Notes: a model not told the origin generated them from the sequence alone. A DNA stretch of 64,000 nucleotides from Spirogloea muscicola (GCA_009602725.1 WELB01000030.1:688447-752446); one strand, 5' to 3'. Positions 13,444-27,957 are shown, counted from the first letter of the stretch. Numbers and translations are program-made.

Positions 13444-16400
13444 ATGGCGGGCGTGGCGGGCCTGGACGAGGCGGACATCTTCGAGGAGGAGGACGCGCTG
13501 GGCGACGAGATGGCGCGCCTGTCCGCCGACGACGTCGTGCGCCGCACGCGCCTGCTCGAGAACGAGATCCGCGTCCTCAGGGCACGTCCCCCCTCCCCAG
13601 CGCCTCAGACTGGACCTTTGTGTCGCAAGAGGTCTAGGGTTCGAGTCCCGCCGTCACCCCGCCCTGGCCTCCCGCACCTCGCCGGTCGGCCTTTTCAGCG
13701 CCGGCCGACTGAGCATGAACACGTCAACTAGTGACGATATCGAGCTCGCCAGTGGCTAGACGTCGGCGAGTCCCTTATGCCAACAACATCTCGCAAAGGT
13801 TTTCCAATGGAATATTGTAAAATGCGGGGCTGGGTTTTGCTGCGGCGGCTGTCTGGACTTGTACAGCTCTGAAGAAGCGGCTCCACCCCTCTGTCGTGGC
13901 TCTCACTACTGAGAGAGGTCGTCAAAGTTTAGTGTTGCAAAGGGTTTTGGTGCTGATGCTGCACGTCGGTCTCTCCGTGCTGCAGGACGAGTCCCAGCGG
14001 CTCGCACTCGAGCAGGACGCGATCAAGGAGAAGACCAAGGAGAACCTGGAGAAGGTGAAGCTCAACAAGCAGCTGCCATACCTCGTCGGCAACGTTGTCG
14101 AGGTGACCCATGGACCCAAACCCCGCACGCATCTTCTGGAAGTTGCCAGTGGCACTGGCCCTCACGCAAGGCATGAGCCACCTTTTGGTGGACATCTGCG
14201 CACGATTGTCACTCCTTTGGATTTCTAAGCGGCCTCAGCACTTCCATCAGGCGAAGTCATCAGCTCCATCTGTAGAAATCCTCTCATAGGAAATAGTGCA
14301 GCCCAATGTTTCCCACAATCAGAGCCTGGCAAGCGGTGGGCTGCAGGCACACGGTCACTGCAGCAACTCACCAGGACCCGTTTTGTTCTGCCCGCAGATT
14401 CTTGACGTGAGCCCCGAGGAGGAGGCTGAGGAGGATGGCGCCAACGTTGACCTCGACTCACAGCGCAAGGGCAAGTGCGTGGTGCTCAAGACCTCCACGC
14501 GCCAGGTGCTCCCTTCTCTCGCCGAGCCCATGATGGAGCTCATGACTGTTCTCTTGGATCGGCATTAGCCCCTTGGTGGCTTGAGCCTAGCTGCTGACAA
14601 GTCCTTGCTTCGAAGCTTGTCCTTGAGCCTGCCCCTGTTGATTTCCGCTTGTTGATAATTTGACTGCTCTAAGAATTGCCACCTTGAGCAGTGCAGACGA
14701 TCTTTTTGCCGGTTGTGGGACTTGTGGACCCCGAGACTCTGAAGCCTGCGGACCTGGTGGGCGTCAACAAGGACAGCTACCTCATCCTGGACACGCTACC
14801 GGCGGAGTATGACTCGCGCGTCAAGGCCATGGAGGTGGACGAAAAGCCGACGGAGGACTACAGCGACATTGGTGGCCTTGACAAGCAGGTCATGAGGCCC
14901 TTGCCTCCTCCTGACACGCAGCACACTCAATGTACGTTCTAAGATTGGGGTTAAAGGAACTAGATACCATGTACGGGATACAAGGGACTGCCTTCTGCTG
15001 CTTCACAATATCGACTCTGACAATAATAGAGGAAGCTGACAGAATGTTACTTGGTTATTCTGGGCTCACCAGATTCAGGAGCTGGTGGAGGCAATTGTGC
15101 TGCCGATGACGCACAAGGAGCGGTTTGAGGCGCTGGGCATCCGGCCGCCTAAGGGCGTGCTGCTCTACGGCCCTCCTGGCACCGGCAAGACTCTCATGGC
15201 GCGTGCCTGCGCCGCGCAGACCAATGCGACGTACCTCAAGCTCGCCGGCCCTCAGCTCGTGCAGGTGTGGCGCACCTCCGCTGCGCTAGCTGTGTAAGTC
15301 GAGTATTTCAAAGTGCCTCAGGTCTTCTGTACTTTATATTCATATTCGATTCTGGCCTCAAAATTATGGTCCCTTGACTCCAGATCAGAATGATTTGAGT
15401 GTTTGCTTTTCACTCTCCTCATGAAATTCAGGACTAATCGCAAACTGACCTCTGGCTCAGGAAACAGTGCAACATAACCTAATGTAGGAGCTGAAGGACT
15501 TGACTGTTCATTGCAAGGTGTAGATGTTCATTGGGGATGGCGCGAAATTGGTGCGGGATGCATTCCAGCTTGCCAAGGAGAAGGCGCCCTGCATCATATT
15601 CATTGACGAAGTCGATGCCATTGGGACGAAGCGCTTTGACAGGTCAGAAGCGGATGCTCACAATATGTGCACCATTCAAGTTCGCTCTCCTCATTGACTT
15701 GGTTGTCAGCCAATGTCAGGCGTCTTCCTTAGAGCTGCTTGTGCTGCCTACTGTTCTGAAGCCTCACTAGATGAGCAAGACAGAGATTACATCAGCTTGA
15801 CTGCTGCATCTGTTCAACTAATGTACCTTGTGATGCATGGGCATCAATATCATTGAGCTCGTAGAACGATGGGGTAGTGCTTAGTGTCTCTGCTATTCGC
15901 ATGTACACATCATTCAGCACTAATGTTGAGCCAAAGCGGGGGCGCGTCAACCTACTGAACTTCACAAGTTGCCTGGGTGTCTTGAAAACACAGTGAAATC
16001 AGTGGAGACCGTGAGGTCCAGCGCACTATGTTAGAATTGCTGAATCAACTTGATGGCTTCAGCAGTGATGATCGCATCAAGGTAAATTATGTCAGCTGTC
16101 TGGTACTTTCTCAGTCTCTGCTGAGACTCGTGTGTTGTTTCAAAGTGGTAATCCGTGTTCTCTGGGTTGGGCTGCTTGGCGTCGAATGCCTACATCGATG
16201 AGAGTGTGCTCTGCTATCCCTGGTGACTATGTACCTAAGTCTCTGATCAATTCTCGACTCGATTACTGACTGAATGCTGCTCTGTGCAGGTCATTGCAGC
16301 TACAAATCGAGCTGACATATTGGACCCTGCCCTCATGAGGTCCGGGCGCCTGGATCGGAAGATTGAGTTTCCACATCCTACAGAAGAGGCTCGCGCTCGC

Positions 16401-16948
16401 ATCTTACAGGTGGGTGATTGAAGGTCACCTTGGGGGACTATCGCTGTGACCAATTGCAGTCTTTACTGAAAAGCTGCTGTAGCATTACATATGATGTGTG
16501 CACCTGCTGCACGCCCTTGCTGACCAATCTTGTGAATACCCACCGCCTATTGGCCGCATTGGCGATCGTCACAGATCCATTCCAGGAAGATGAATGTCAA
16601 CCCTGACGTGAACTTTGAGGAGCTGGCAAGGTCAACAGACGACTTCAACGGGGCGCAGCTGAAGGCTGTGTGTGTGGAAGCTGGGATGCTGGCCCTCCGA
16701 CGAGATGCCACGGAGGTCTGTACGCGCTTTGACGGTTTGTCAACATTTGAGAACGTTTGGCCCCTTTGCTGATGCATACTCAGCTTCATCATGCAATTGT
16801 GACAAGCACCATTTGGCTGCTGCATAATGTGGTTGCGAAGCTGACGAAGTTGGTGCTGATTTGTTGGCAGGTCACACACGAGGATTTCAACGAGGGCATC
16901 ATCCAGGTGCAAGCCAAGAAGAAGGCGAATCTCAACTACTATGCATAG
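13444..16948 (+). CDS. RPT5: 26S proteasome AAA-ATPase regulatory subunit 6A, multi-exon
   Basis: [39 protein letters not shown], Walker A GPPGTGKT, Walker [24 protein letters not shown]-terminal HbYX ANLNYYA*. Confidence 0.97.
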
Positions 16949-17808
16949 GCAGACATCTGGCTCATCACCCCACATCTTGACGCCTTTAGGATGCTAGGAT
17001 GGGTGCACATTCACATTAGTGGTGCGCAGGTGGTTGGGCAACAATTCGAGCCTAGTGATGGTCGGTGATGGCCCAGTGATTGTGTTACGAGTCCCTTGTT
17101 AGTGAGTCCTTCGCTCGTCTTTTCGAGCCTTATCACCTGTATTCTGGAGGATACCCAAGCAGCCTCACTGGTTGCTGATAGACTCATGGCTGAGATGTGC
17201 ATATTGTCCTTGTGTTGCGTCTCTGGCATTACTGTGAGGGTATGCTTGATTGTGCCTGGGACATCATTGGTGGTAACAGGAGCTGGCTGCACTGGTAGAC
17301 TAAATGACCTCATTTGGCTGGCTGAGTTTGTTGAGGACTTAGTCAAGGTGGCCACTTCACGTCCCTGCCTTGCACAGCGTTACTTGTTCCTGAGAATCTA
17401 CTTTGCAAGACATGTCATGGCAGCCAATACCACACATTGCCCGAGCAGAACCCAGTTGAGCTCTCAAACAAGATACACTGCAACAGTAAGGTAGGGGCAA
17501 TTTAAGCAAGACTTGGCATGCTAGCCACCCGGGGTAATGCAAGGCGACATTTCTCAGTCGGCCCGAAAGTCTGTAGCCCAGTCAGAATCCAGCTAATGTG
17601 CTGCACTCAGGCAAGCGGCTGCACTATGTTGCAGTTGGTCGATGGACCTTCCACTCTACCGAGCAGACCTTGGTTGCAATCAACAGAGGTTGCTCAGAGG
17701 CCCTGCCTGCTTCGTCTGTGCACAAAGCTCAGATCGATCTCTCCGCAACTTGCAGGTGCTAGACCTGTTGACCCTACTTGTCCTGGAAATGTGCGGCAAA
17801 GCACATAC

Positions 17809-20800
17809 TTAATCGCACTTAATGTTTCGGTAGATACGCCTGACGAAGAGCGAAGAGCCCAGGTAACCAATGGCGCCTATAAACCACAGCCAATACGTCC
17901 AAAGCTCAGCCACGAGCTGGTGCTAGATTTAATCAACCGGATAGAAGCAAGTGCCCCTATGCATAACCGCACAGTGGCACACGCTCTCAATTTTCACACA
18001 GACCTTGGCAAATCACATCAACTAGATGTTTCCTGGCACAGCATGCCCTTCTACGTGACACACAGGATGCACAACCATCACAAGAATGTTAGCAGTATGT
18101 ATGGGCTTACCACACAGGATCCCCAAGCCGAGGCAAAACATTGCAGTATAGCCAAAGTAGAAGCATGTCTGGAAGAAGCCTGTCATCTTTGTCTTCGCAA
18201 AGTAGTAGTATATGGAGTATAGATAGACATAGGCAGCTGTGGAGGCAGCCGAGAAGAAGGACGTCCACTGCCAGTGGTAGTTCTCAGCATTGAGGAGGAA
18301 GTAGGTGCCAACAATTGTCACGCAGACCGTCACAATGATCAAGATCAAGAATACCAGTAGCATGAAACCGTACACATAATACACCTGCAACATGCAAAGA
18401 TGACACCCTGCATTGAGCACCCTACAGTGAAATCTTGAGACATAGTACAGTCGTTGTGAGGTCCTAGCGATAGATACTGCATGTCGGTAAGCATGACACC
18501 AATCAAGCAACTCCTCAGTCACCTCGGAGCTCATTACACCATACCTTGTAGTTCCAAAACGACGTGAAGATGAAGTACATCTCGATGAAGATGCTGCCAA
18601 AGGGCAGCAGGCCTCCCATTAAGGATACCACTGTGGGAGTCAAGTACCACTTCTTCTGTGGTATGGGCCTTGGGATAGTCTTCACCCTGCAGGGATTGTC
18701 AGGGATGCCGCTCCAGTTCCTCCCCACCACAGTTCCCAACAAGGCCAAGGGGAACGAGATGAAAGCCCATATCACAAACATGACCACCTGCCAAGAGCAA
18801 TACTAACTTGTCAATTCCACACCAGCTGCTACAACTGGACCTCACAGGCCTTTAACAAGCTTGACTGCTGTTAGCAACAAACTCCTTCTGCAGCATCACC
18901 ACTAGTTTGTGAGACCGCGTACCATGGTGCCGAATGGGATGGCAGCAAGCGAGTGGTAGAAGATAGCCACGGTGTTTAGGGCAAAGCCGATAGCAAAGCA
19001 AGTGAATGGAAACAGGGAGGCAGTGAGCAACATTGACTTGATCCAATGCTTGCCTGCATCCAGGCAGCAATGTCAGCTGCAGGCCGTGAGTACTAGGGAC
19101 ACATTGGAATGACTACATCTTCAACACATAGCTGGTGGAGCAAGGGAATGGCAACCAAAAAATAGACGTCAACATCTATCACTTGGAAGCGTGGGAAGTG
19201 GTGCTGCACGCCGAAAAATGGTAAGGCGCACTTCAGACTATGTCGCATGTAAAGTACTTGTTCTTGGAGAGGGACTTGTTCTTGGAGAGGGAGTGAAGAC
19301 TAGAACAATTCACTGAGTTATTGTCACCAAGTTGAGCATGAACACTGCTTACCATCGTTTCTTGAGTAAAATCCACCGCTCACAAATCCGGCAATGAAGG
19401 ATGTCAAGGAATAGCAGATGATGAATGCAGTCGCGATTGTCCCACGGCTGACAGCAGAGATTTTCATGTCAACGTCGAAGGAGATATTCTATATCCAAGG
19501 TGGAGACAGTTCTGGAGTAACAAGGCAAGCTCAAGGCGCACATCCATCGGAGATGGTGTAGCATCTAGAATACTTACCCAACATAGAGCATGCCAACAAT
19601 GGCTATCAGAATGACAAAGAGGACCAAGAGAGCCAGCTGTGCTCCAGTTCCAACAAGGGCCGACAGGAGGACGAGATAGCGAGGCGATCTGAAGACATCT
19701 CCATGCACAAGCTTCCAGCCTGACTCCTCACTTACATCTCTCTCCTGAAACAGTGACCAAACACGGTGCCCCTGAGGCCATGCTTTGCAAACGAGAAAGA
19801 CGAGTGAACATATTTGATGAGAGCACTTCACAGGTGCTCACACCCTCAGGGCATTGCATTTCCATATTTCAATCGTTATCTGAATACCTCGTCAAACCAC
19901 GGCAGTCAAAGCTCTCAGCAGCATATACCAGGTACATCATATTCAGGTGCTTGCTCTTGAAAACATACCAGGGTTTCCAAGTCATCCTCCTCACGAGCAT
20001 ACTTAGCATAGTCGTTGCGAAGTGTCCTCATTAAGATCATGGATACCAATCCAGTCAGGAAAATGACCATCATGAACGAATTGAAGATGGAGAACCAGTG
20101 AATCTGCGTAACACAGTGCCAGTTTTGGTGAGATCGTTTAAGATAATAACCTCCTTCATATGACATATGTCAGGCACTTATAGGCTCATATTCACTTAAA
20201 GAATCATGGAGTCCTGCACTACTTGTGGCTTTTCAAGCTGTATACCCCTTTGCTTTTGCACCAAGCATACCTGATGCTCAAAGAAGTTGTAATCAAGGTA
20301 GCGGTCGAATCTCTTGGAGAAGGGGATATCTGTGGACTCCCACTTGACCGAGTAAGTGAACTCCAGTGACTGGCCAGCAACCACTGATTGAGGGTTCTCA
20401 GCCGTCAAGTTTACTTGGATAATCTGAGAAGCACAGAGGCGAGAACGTTCAGCGTAGCAAAACTTGACACAGTGCTGCACAAAAAGCTTGATAACGGGTA
20501 CCACAACAAGTTGATTTGTCCTGCTGCAGTACATGATCCACAAGAAGAAGGACAGCAAATGAACAGAGTAGCAAGATGAGCTAACTTACACGATCACCAT
20601 TGTAGTTGATGTCAAACCTCTTGTGCGTGTTTATGACTACGTCTTCAGTAGCGATGCCGCTACTGGTGATGTCAGTCTTGTCCCCTTGTGGTAGTTCGCC
20701 AACAAAGCCTGGCAATCCAAGTCACGCGCTTCTTACACCAAAGGTGCCAACATGTAGCTGTTTCCTTCTCTATCAACAAATAAACTTACATGGAACCATG

Positions 20801-21780
20801 CATATGACCAGTAGAAGCTAGGAGTTGCGCATATAGCAAGTGTGCAGTACACTCACCCCAGATGGGGAGGTCGTCTGCAGATGAACATTGACATATGCAG
20901 AAAATCGTAAACGCAGCTTGTCAGTATGCAATCGCACAGGGAAAGCAGCACTGGCAAATCAGCTCCCAACAACATTGCCATGCCGCAAGACTGCAAGTCA
21001 GTTATACACAGACGAAACCTTACCCATAAACAGCTCGAACCAGTAGCGGTTCTGAATGGCATATGTGAATTTCTTGGCCTTGTTGGCGTCCAAGGTCATC
21101 TGGCAGATAGTCTGCTTTGTCATATTGTCTGCGAAGATTTACAGGACGGTCAATGTTAAGTGAAAGTATCAGAAGTGTTTGGAATCCGAAACCCATGGAT
21201 GAATTTGCATTCAGCTCCTGCTCGGCCTGCATAGGCTCTCAAGCTCTAAATAGCCCTCTCGCAGTTCAGAGTTGCAGGGAATGGTCTTCTCATTGCATTA
21301 GCTCTCCACCACGGCATCCTATTCAGCCAATGGCGGATTTGCCACTCAGCTCTCAGGCATCCACTCACGCTGAAACTTCACAGTCAGCTGGCTGTCGATG
21401 AGCTCATTGCCCTCCAGGACCTCTCCAAGCCCACCCCACTTGTGCTGTGGAGCAGTCTTGGCACCAGGGGGCCGACAGAACGGCAGCTCGTAGTAGTTGT
21501 AGGTCTCCTGCGGGTTGTTGTACGGGCCGACTTTGTTGACCCACAGAGTGACCTTGTCACCATACGCATACTGCAGTCCCGATGGCAAAGCCACGGGAAC
21601 AGTGAGGCCGTGAGGTGTGCTCAGAGGTCACTGGCGGCCTTATCGGGGGGCAGCGCGCATCAGATGCCGAGGCGAGGCCCGGGCGATGCGTCGAACCTTG
21701 TGGTAGAAATCGAAGGCGGCGCAGTGGCTGGCGAGGGCTGCCAGGAGCAGGGGCAGCAGGAGGACGCCGGCGCGCCCCAT
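17809..21780 (-). CDS. Transmembrane 9 superfamily member (TMN1/EMP12, TM9SF3-like), multi-exon
   Basis: Signal peptide [89 protein letters not shown]-terminal [12 protein letters not shown] (KxD/E motif). Confidence 0.96.
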
Positions 21781-21974
21781 GGCCGACGCTCGAGCCCGAG
21801 GCCGAGGGACTGGAGGCAAGGGCGGGCCCGCGGGCGGGCGACTACGGCGCGCCCGGCGGAGACGGCGGCGGCGGCGGCGGANGCGCGGATCGCGGCGCGG
21901 CGCGCGGGGATGCTAGGGCGGGGACAGGGGGCGGCGTATCAACCACCTCCCGCGCAAGATGTCCCGACGGGAAA

Positions 21975-22200
21975 TATATGAAAGAATCGGCTGTGAGAGG
22001 AGAAGCGGCTGCTGATATGAAAGAATCGGCTGTGAAATGCCAGCCAGATGCATACAGGTGTTCATGACGGAGCCAAAGGCTAGGCAGACAGGGCGCCCTC
22101 AATACCCCCGTGTCAGCAGTAGGAAATCAAATGAGCTGAGGGGAGGAAACAGAACAGAAACAGCTCCGAAAGAAGTGAGCTCCAAGGAGTTCGTACTGAG
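21975..22200 (-). mobile_element. 3' end remnant of RLE/CRE-like non-LTR retrotransposon family
   Basis: Reverse strand ends ..SSFDFLLLTRGY*, matching ..SFSDLYVLTRGY* of the 26755-27600 copy; the tail tcacagccgattctttcatat is shared with 26277-26300. Confidence 0.6.
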
Positions 22201-22419
22201 TGCTCTTTGGAATGGATTTATATTGTATTGAATAATGGAGGGCCTGGGGGGGGAAAATGCGTGTATATTAAGAGATGGGGAGGCCATGTGTGGGAGGCCA
22301 TGTGTGGGGAGGCCTGGGGGGGGGGGGCTGGGGGGCCGAGCGGGACGGCGGCGAGGCATACGGCGGACAGTGGGCAGGAGCGGCGGCCGGCCTGTCGCCG
22401 ACGCCGCCTCCAATGTGCG

Positions 22420-22960
22420 CGGTCCCGTCGGACTGGGGAAACCCTACCTCCCCGGTGCCCCTTCTTCCCTCGGACCTTGCTCGATGTTCTGTGGGCTGGC
22501 TTTCAACAGCCCCTCGCCCTCCTTGGGTCCCAGTGGCTCGACCTGCTAGCCAGGCTTGCGAGCCGCGCTGTGTCCCGCAGGCGAGGTGAGCAGGCTGACT
22601 TCAGCGCCGCTGGCTCGTTGGCTCAGGTCTACCGCATGCGATATCCCTTACAGCGGTCTCAATATCCCTTACAGCGGTCCATGGCCCACGCTTTGCACCT
22701 GCGTGCTGGCCGTGCTCTCGCTGCTGCCTCTGGCTTTCGTCAGGGGGATTGCTTTCCGCTAGCTAGTCTGTCAGATTTGAGGCTCCTCACTCGTTGCAAT
22801 TGAGTGATTCATCCTGCCCCTGTTCTGAGAATTGCGCTTCTGGCCCCTTCGTAGTTTGGCCCCTTCGACCCTTGTCAATACTTTTCGGGCTGGCTTCTCA
22901 CAGCCCTTGCCCCCATTGGGAGAGCCACTTCTTCTCTGAAAGAGCTACCTCTTCTTCGTT
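22420..22960 (+). mobile_element. 3' end remnant of RLE/CRE-like non-LTR retrotransposon family
   Basis: Translates LGSQWLDLLARLA..VYRMR..LQRSMAHALHLRAGRALAAASGF..SLSDLRLLTRCN*, homologous to 27230-27507 and 57185-57400; followed by the GGGCTG-loop-CAGCCC tail motif. Confidence 0.7.
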
Positions 22961-24247
22961 CCGCAAGCATTGATTGCTTATTGCAGGATGCGGCTCTCGC
23001 TTAGCTTCCAGCGCTCTAGCCATACATCAGCGTGCTGGACGCGCACTAAGCCAGGCCACTGGCTTGCAAAGTTGTGCTTCGGCTCGCAGATTAATCTGCT
23101 CGACATGTATGTGCCCATTTGTGGGCAAGTAGAGTTACCTTCAGTTGTGCTTTTCGTTCTCTTGATTCATCTTCTCTAAGTTTCCGTTTGTGATCACCAC
23201 TTCAGTGTACATCACTGTACTGGCTTGGCTTGGCCTCCCTTCCACTCGGACAAATTGCTCGCCCATGGGAGATAGGGGCTAGGAAAGGCCAGCCCAAAAA
23301 GAAGGGACAGGATCCAAAGAGCCAAAAGGCGTCGAAAAGAAAAACCATACAGCTAGACTCGAGACGACGCAGATGGAAGCTTAATACTCTGTTTGACTTC
23401 GTGAACATCATGCCCCCTTCTTCTTGCCGTCAACCTCCTCGCTTGCACCAAAGACGGCCGTACCTCGGCCCCTGAATTGCTGTTGACATGAATTCAAAGT
23501 TCATCCTTTACATAAATTGTGATGTCCTCTACAGCCGTTCCTCAGACCTGCCACATCCTCTCACAATGTTCTTGGGCGTGGTACTTGAGCTGCATCTGTT
23601 CCTCTAACTGCCCTCCCCGTGCGCAGCTGCTATGTGCTGCAGGCAGCTCAACCAGTGGGTGTGGCCATTTCGCCTGCATACACAAAGCACTAATGCCTTG
23701 GCACTTACTAGCATGCATCACTGCAACCCCCTACGCTGGCACCACAACTGGGGCATGCACGTCCTCACCCTGAAGCAGCATCTTGTGAGTGCGTGAGGAA
23801 CTTTCAGGCATCACCTTTTAGGGGTAGGCGGAGTGCCAATAGGCAAGGCAACAATTCGGCGCTATGACTTGTGAAAAGAGGCTTGGCTGACCTAGAAGGA
23901 TTGGACAACCTATATGTGAATCACGAATCTCATTTTCAAGCGCAGAGGCTTCTGCTGAGAGCAACAAGCTGTGCTGTCTACTTCCAGACTCCAGGACAAT
24001 AGGGTATATACACAGCTAGCAGAAAGCATAGGGGCTGTCACCATTGCTTGTCTTAGTCTGCAGACTGCAGTAACACATGACAAGCCAGCTGAGGAGGCTA
24101 CGTATGTACAATATTACTTCTGTCTCCAACTGCCACAGCTGCTGTTCCCCCATCTTCTGTTTGAGAACCAGGCAGGCGACCATGGCTGCCAGTAGCCATC
24201 AACATTCATGGCCAGCAGGCGCAGTGAAAATGGAGGAGGCAGCTGCC

Positions 24248-25897
24248 TCAGTACATCCGAGTGGAGCGTTGTCGCACTTTGGTCACAAATTCAGCCGGCT
24301 CTGGATAATCAGCGGGACTGATGTCCTCCACAACGTCATACTCAAACTCCTCCTCTTCCTCTTGCACGATCATCCTCCGATGAGGAGTGTTGTAGCCCTG
24401 CCTGCGTTGTTGCAGGCCCTGTGTATGAAGACATATCCAAGAGCTAAGTGAATACTGAAACGACTGCCAGGAAGCCTTCCGGCAATCAGAGGACACCCCT
24501 TCTAAGAGGACTAGCACAACAGATACAGATCACAATTTAAGCATCATCTGTGTGTTATATAGGACAAGGCTCTGCTCTTTCCTTGCATCCCATGTATCTA
24601 CCCCAATAGGCCAAGAAGATGTCCCATCACAGTGAGAGATGTGTCCATGGTAGGAACGGTTGACTCCTTACCCGTTGACCTGCTTGCGGAGCCTGGGACG
24701 CAGCATATGTGAGAAGATCAACAAAGCAGTCGTGTGCATAAGCACAACCTTGATTCCACCATCCGATCGCCATTGCTCCAGCCTTGCTTTGAAAATTATC
24801 GAGGTGCTGATCAATTTGAGCTTCGTGCTCAGATACGAATGGTCTCACAAAGGTGGAGAAGATGTACGCTGTTCCCTGCAGCACAGTGCACAAGTAGAGA
24901 TGTCCTAAGACTTGTGATACCAGCAACACATTGAGCCATTTGAGAAGACTGAAAAGCACCATAAGCGTTTCGCAGCAATCACCAACAAGTTCCATACCCG
25001 AGTCTTTGGATGCCACAAGTATACCATGAACGCAAGCTTCGCCTCATTGTACATTGGAAACCTGCACAGATGTGGGCACCGCCATCAGCCACACACCAAC
25101 AAGTCAACTACAGACATGTATATGTCCAGTAGCTTACTTATGCAGCCAATGGGTAGGGTGACAGGAAATTAGATGGCAGCTCCATGGCTCTGCAAAGACT
25201 CGTCTGCCAAGCAGGCAAGTCTCACCAAGACACGAAGACATCGAGCACCCTCTCCGCAACTGTTACCACCGCTATAATTACCCTGCATTGCACAGGCTTG
25301 CCAGGCGGTGAGTAAGGACGTGCTTCTGCCACCTGGCTGCCATGTGCTGGATATGGTTGAAGATAGGCCCCTCAACCAAGCCAATATGGACTATCTGTGA
25401 TGACTCCTCTTAGCACCTGGCCATCTTCACTGTCATGGACTAATCCATGCCCTGCTCAAATGCTGAGTAACTTGGTAGAGGGCTTACCAATACTGGCACC
25501 AGTAGCGCAAAGTCTCCAAGTCTGGTTTCTTCAACTCAACTGCCTTATAGCATCCATACGCTGGATACATATAACCCAGCACCATGCTGCGCACACAGCT
25601 TGCCGTGGTTAGAGGAAGGAGAGGGGATGCACAATAGGGTATGCAGTTTGGCACTAAAACAAGGAGAGCAGAAGACAGCTGTGCTTGTGACCACCCTGAG
25701 ACAACATCCAGCATCCAGCTGCTATAGCCCAATCTCCGCCATTCTGGATAATGGGGTCGCTGGATTGTCTGAGCTTCAAATGACTCATCCCGTCCGGCAG
25801 CCCTCACATATTCGCCTCTCTGACTCAGTTCTTACAGCCGCCACGATAGCTGCCATGCCACTTACATGAGCAGCCGGATGACCACAGCGCCCAGCAT
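24248..25897 (-). CDS. HVA22-like (TB2/DP1/REEP) protein, HVA22g-j type, multi-exon
   Basis: MLGAVVIRLL / MVLGYMYPAYGCYKAVE..LRYWCQYW / VIIAVVTVAERVLDVFVSW / FPMYNEAKLAFMVYLWHPKT / GTAYIFSTFVRPFVSEHEAQID. Confidence 0.9.
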
Positions 25898-26754
25898 CTT
25901 GGCCTCAGAGGGCGCGGTTCACATTCCTCGGGGGCGCACGGCGCATCCGTCCGCGCGCCGGCGCCGGTGCGGTCGGATGAGGACCCCGCCCACTCGCGGC
26001 TCGGCGGAGGCCGCGGACGAGACGCGCCGCCTTGTGCGGCGGCAAGGGCGGCGGGGAACCGGCGGTCGAGACGGCGCGCCGCGCCCGCNCGGGCCGGAGC
26101 CGAGGGCGCGGCGGCGATGGCGGCGCCCGCGGCAGGGCGCGGCGCGGGCAGGCCAGCAGGGAGCGCCTCGCAGACTGCGGGTGAGAGAGATAACAGAGCT
26201 GATTGTTGTCACTTGGAGTCACTTTGCACTTCAGCGCTTTTCTGGCCCCTTCGGAACTTTTGGTCATTTCTCTCTTTCACAGCCGATTCTTTCATATCAG
26301 CAGCCGCCTTCTTCTCCGGGCTGGCCAATCACAGCCATCAACCTCTGCCGGAATCGTCTGTCTTCTTACTCCACAAGAAAACTTGAGAGGATGGTTGTTC
26401 GAGGCCTTCTCGAATGTCATTCCAAATGCCCGTTGTTGGAGGAGCGGACAAGGTCCGTCGAGGCGGGAAAGCGCGGATACATATCACTACCCGCCTTTGT
26501 GGGCTTGCTTGCTGCGTCCACCCACGCAGCCCGCCGTCAGCTGATGCCGGGTGCGCGAAGCATCGCAGGAGCAAACGGCTGACGCTGCCGCCCCGCCCTG
26601 GGTGTCTTCGCCATCCGCCAAGTACCGTCGTCACGGCGAGAAAGTCGTCCAGATGCCCAGATGGTGGCGACGGTAACAGCTCTATTACAAAAAAGAGTAA
26701 GCAGCCTTTTCCAAAGCGGCCGAGGGCTGTGAGAAGGCCAGCATAAAATAAGCA

Positions 26755-27600
26755 TTCCCTCCCAGCTCCGACGCCTTTCGGACGCTGCTCCAACTTTTCC
26801 TCGGCCTTCCACTCAAATGTCTGATTGGAGTGCGCCAGTGTGAGTGTGGCTTCTGTGCAGAGGGAGTTGAGCTCGCCACTCCCATGCTGCGATGCCCCAC
26901 TGGACCAGAAGTGGTGGGCACAACCTCCTCCGCGATGCCCTGGCGAGTTTGATGCGCGACGCCAGTTACCGTGCGGTCGTGGAAGTGAACAATATCATGC
27001 CTATCACCACGGATGCCCAGGAACGTCATCATCGCCGCACACTTGACATTGTGAGCGTGCAACCTGGTGGAGGACCACGGGCCTTGGTTGATGTTGTCAC
27101 GGAGGCTTGTTAAGGTCCAGCATCGACGCACGTCGCTGACTACGCAGTGGGCAGTGCAGAACAAGGAAAGCTGCAGCACTACTTCGATTACCCCCAAGCT
27201 GCAGCTCCTGCCAGCTGCAGTCGACATCTTTGGCTGTTTAGGTCCTCGATTCCACACTCTCCTTCAGAAAATTGCCAATTTGGATTATGCACAACGTGCA
27301 GATGTGTTCCCGGCTGAGATGGGCTTGCCAGCTGCATATCTGTCGTTCTTGCGACGACGAGTTTCGGCCTGCTTGCAGCGTGCTCAGGCTAATGCTTTGC
27401 ACCAGAAAGCTGGGCGAGCTCTAGTTGGTGGCAGAAGGACTTCATATCTGCCATTCAGTATTCAGGCATCATTTAGCGACCTTTATGTATTGACCCGTGG
27501 TTATTGAGCGGGTCAATCTGCTGATGTAGGTGATGTACGTCTTTCGATGTGCTTGCCTTTGTACTTGGGCAATTTGGCCTTTGTTTCAAATACACGAAAT
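26755..27600 (+). mobile_element. 5'-truncated, frameshifted non-LTR retrotransposon: zinc knuckle plus restriction-like endonuclease C-terminus (CRE/R2-group-like) and 3' UTR
   Basis: Across frameshifts: FRTLLQLFLGLP..CECG..MLRC..HNLLRDAL..RRTLDIV..ALVDVV..AEQGKLQHY..LLPAAVDIFGCLG..RRRVSACLQRAQANAL..LTRGY*. This is the motif order of RLE domains; no RT visible upstream. Confidence 0.75.
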
Positions 27601-27957
27601 TTTTTCCAAGCTGGAAGTGCTACCAGCAAACCTTCGATCATGAGACGTGTACAGCCAATGGCTGCCAGTGCCGCTTAGGAGACAGTGAGCGCTTGTACGG
27701 TAAGGGGCGAGGGGCTATGGGGCGAGGGGCTGTGGTGCGAGGGCTGTGGGGCGAGGGCTCCTCCTTCTTTTTGGAGGGCCAGTTCATTAAGGAATGACAA
27801 GGTCCGAAGGAGCCCCGTAAGCGCAAATTACCATACAAATGGTAAGCACAACTGTTCCAAAGGTGGTGGGCGATGGTATTGAGAGGCTGGCACCTGGAAT
27901 GGGCCCGGAAGGGGGCCAAGGGTTAAAGGCGGAGATGAGTTAAAAGTAGACTCGGAA

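Noticed and set aside
19256..19291. 18-bp tandem duplication (acttgttcttggagaggg) in a TM9SF intron
   Set aside because: Isolated slippage-type duplication with no further structure
21997..26317. About 35-bp inverted repeat (gcggctgctgatatgaaagaatcggctgtgaaa) flanking the HVA22 gene, suggesting a Pack-type DNA transposon
   Set aside because: Both arms sit inside oppositely oriented tails of the dispersed RLE-family repeat; no TSD seen, and the HVA22 gene is an ordinary intron-containing gene
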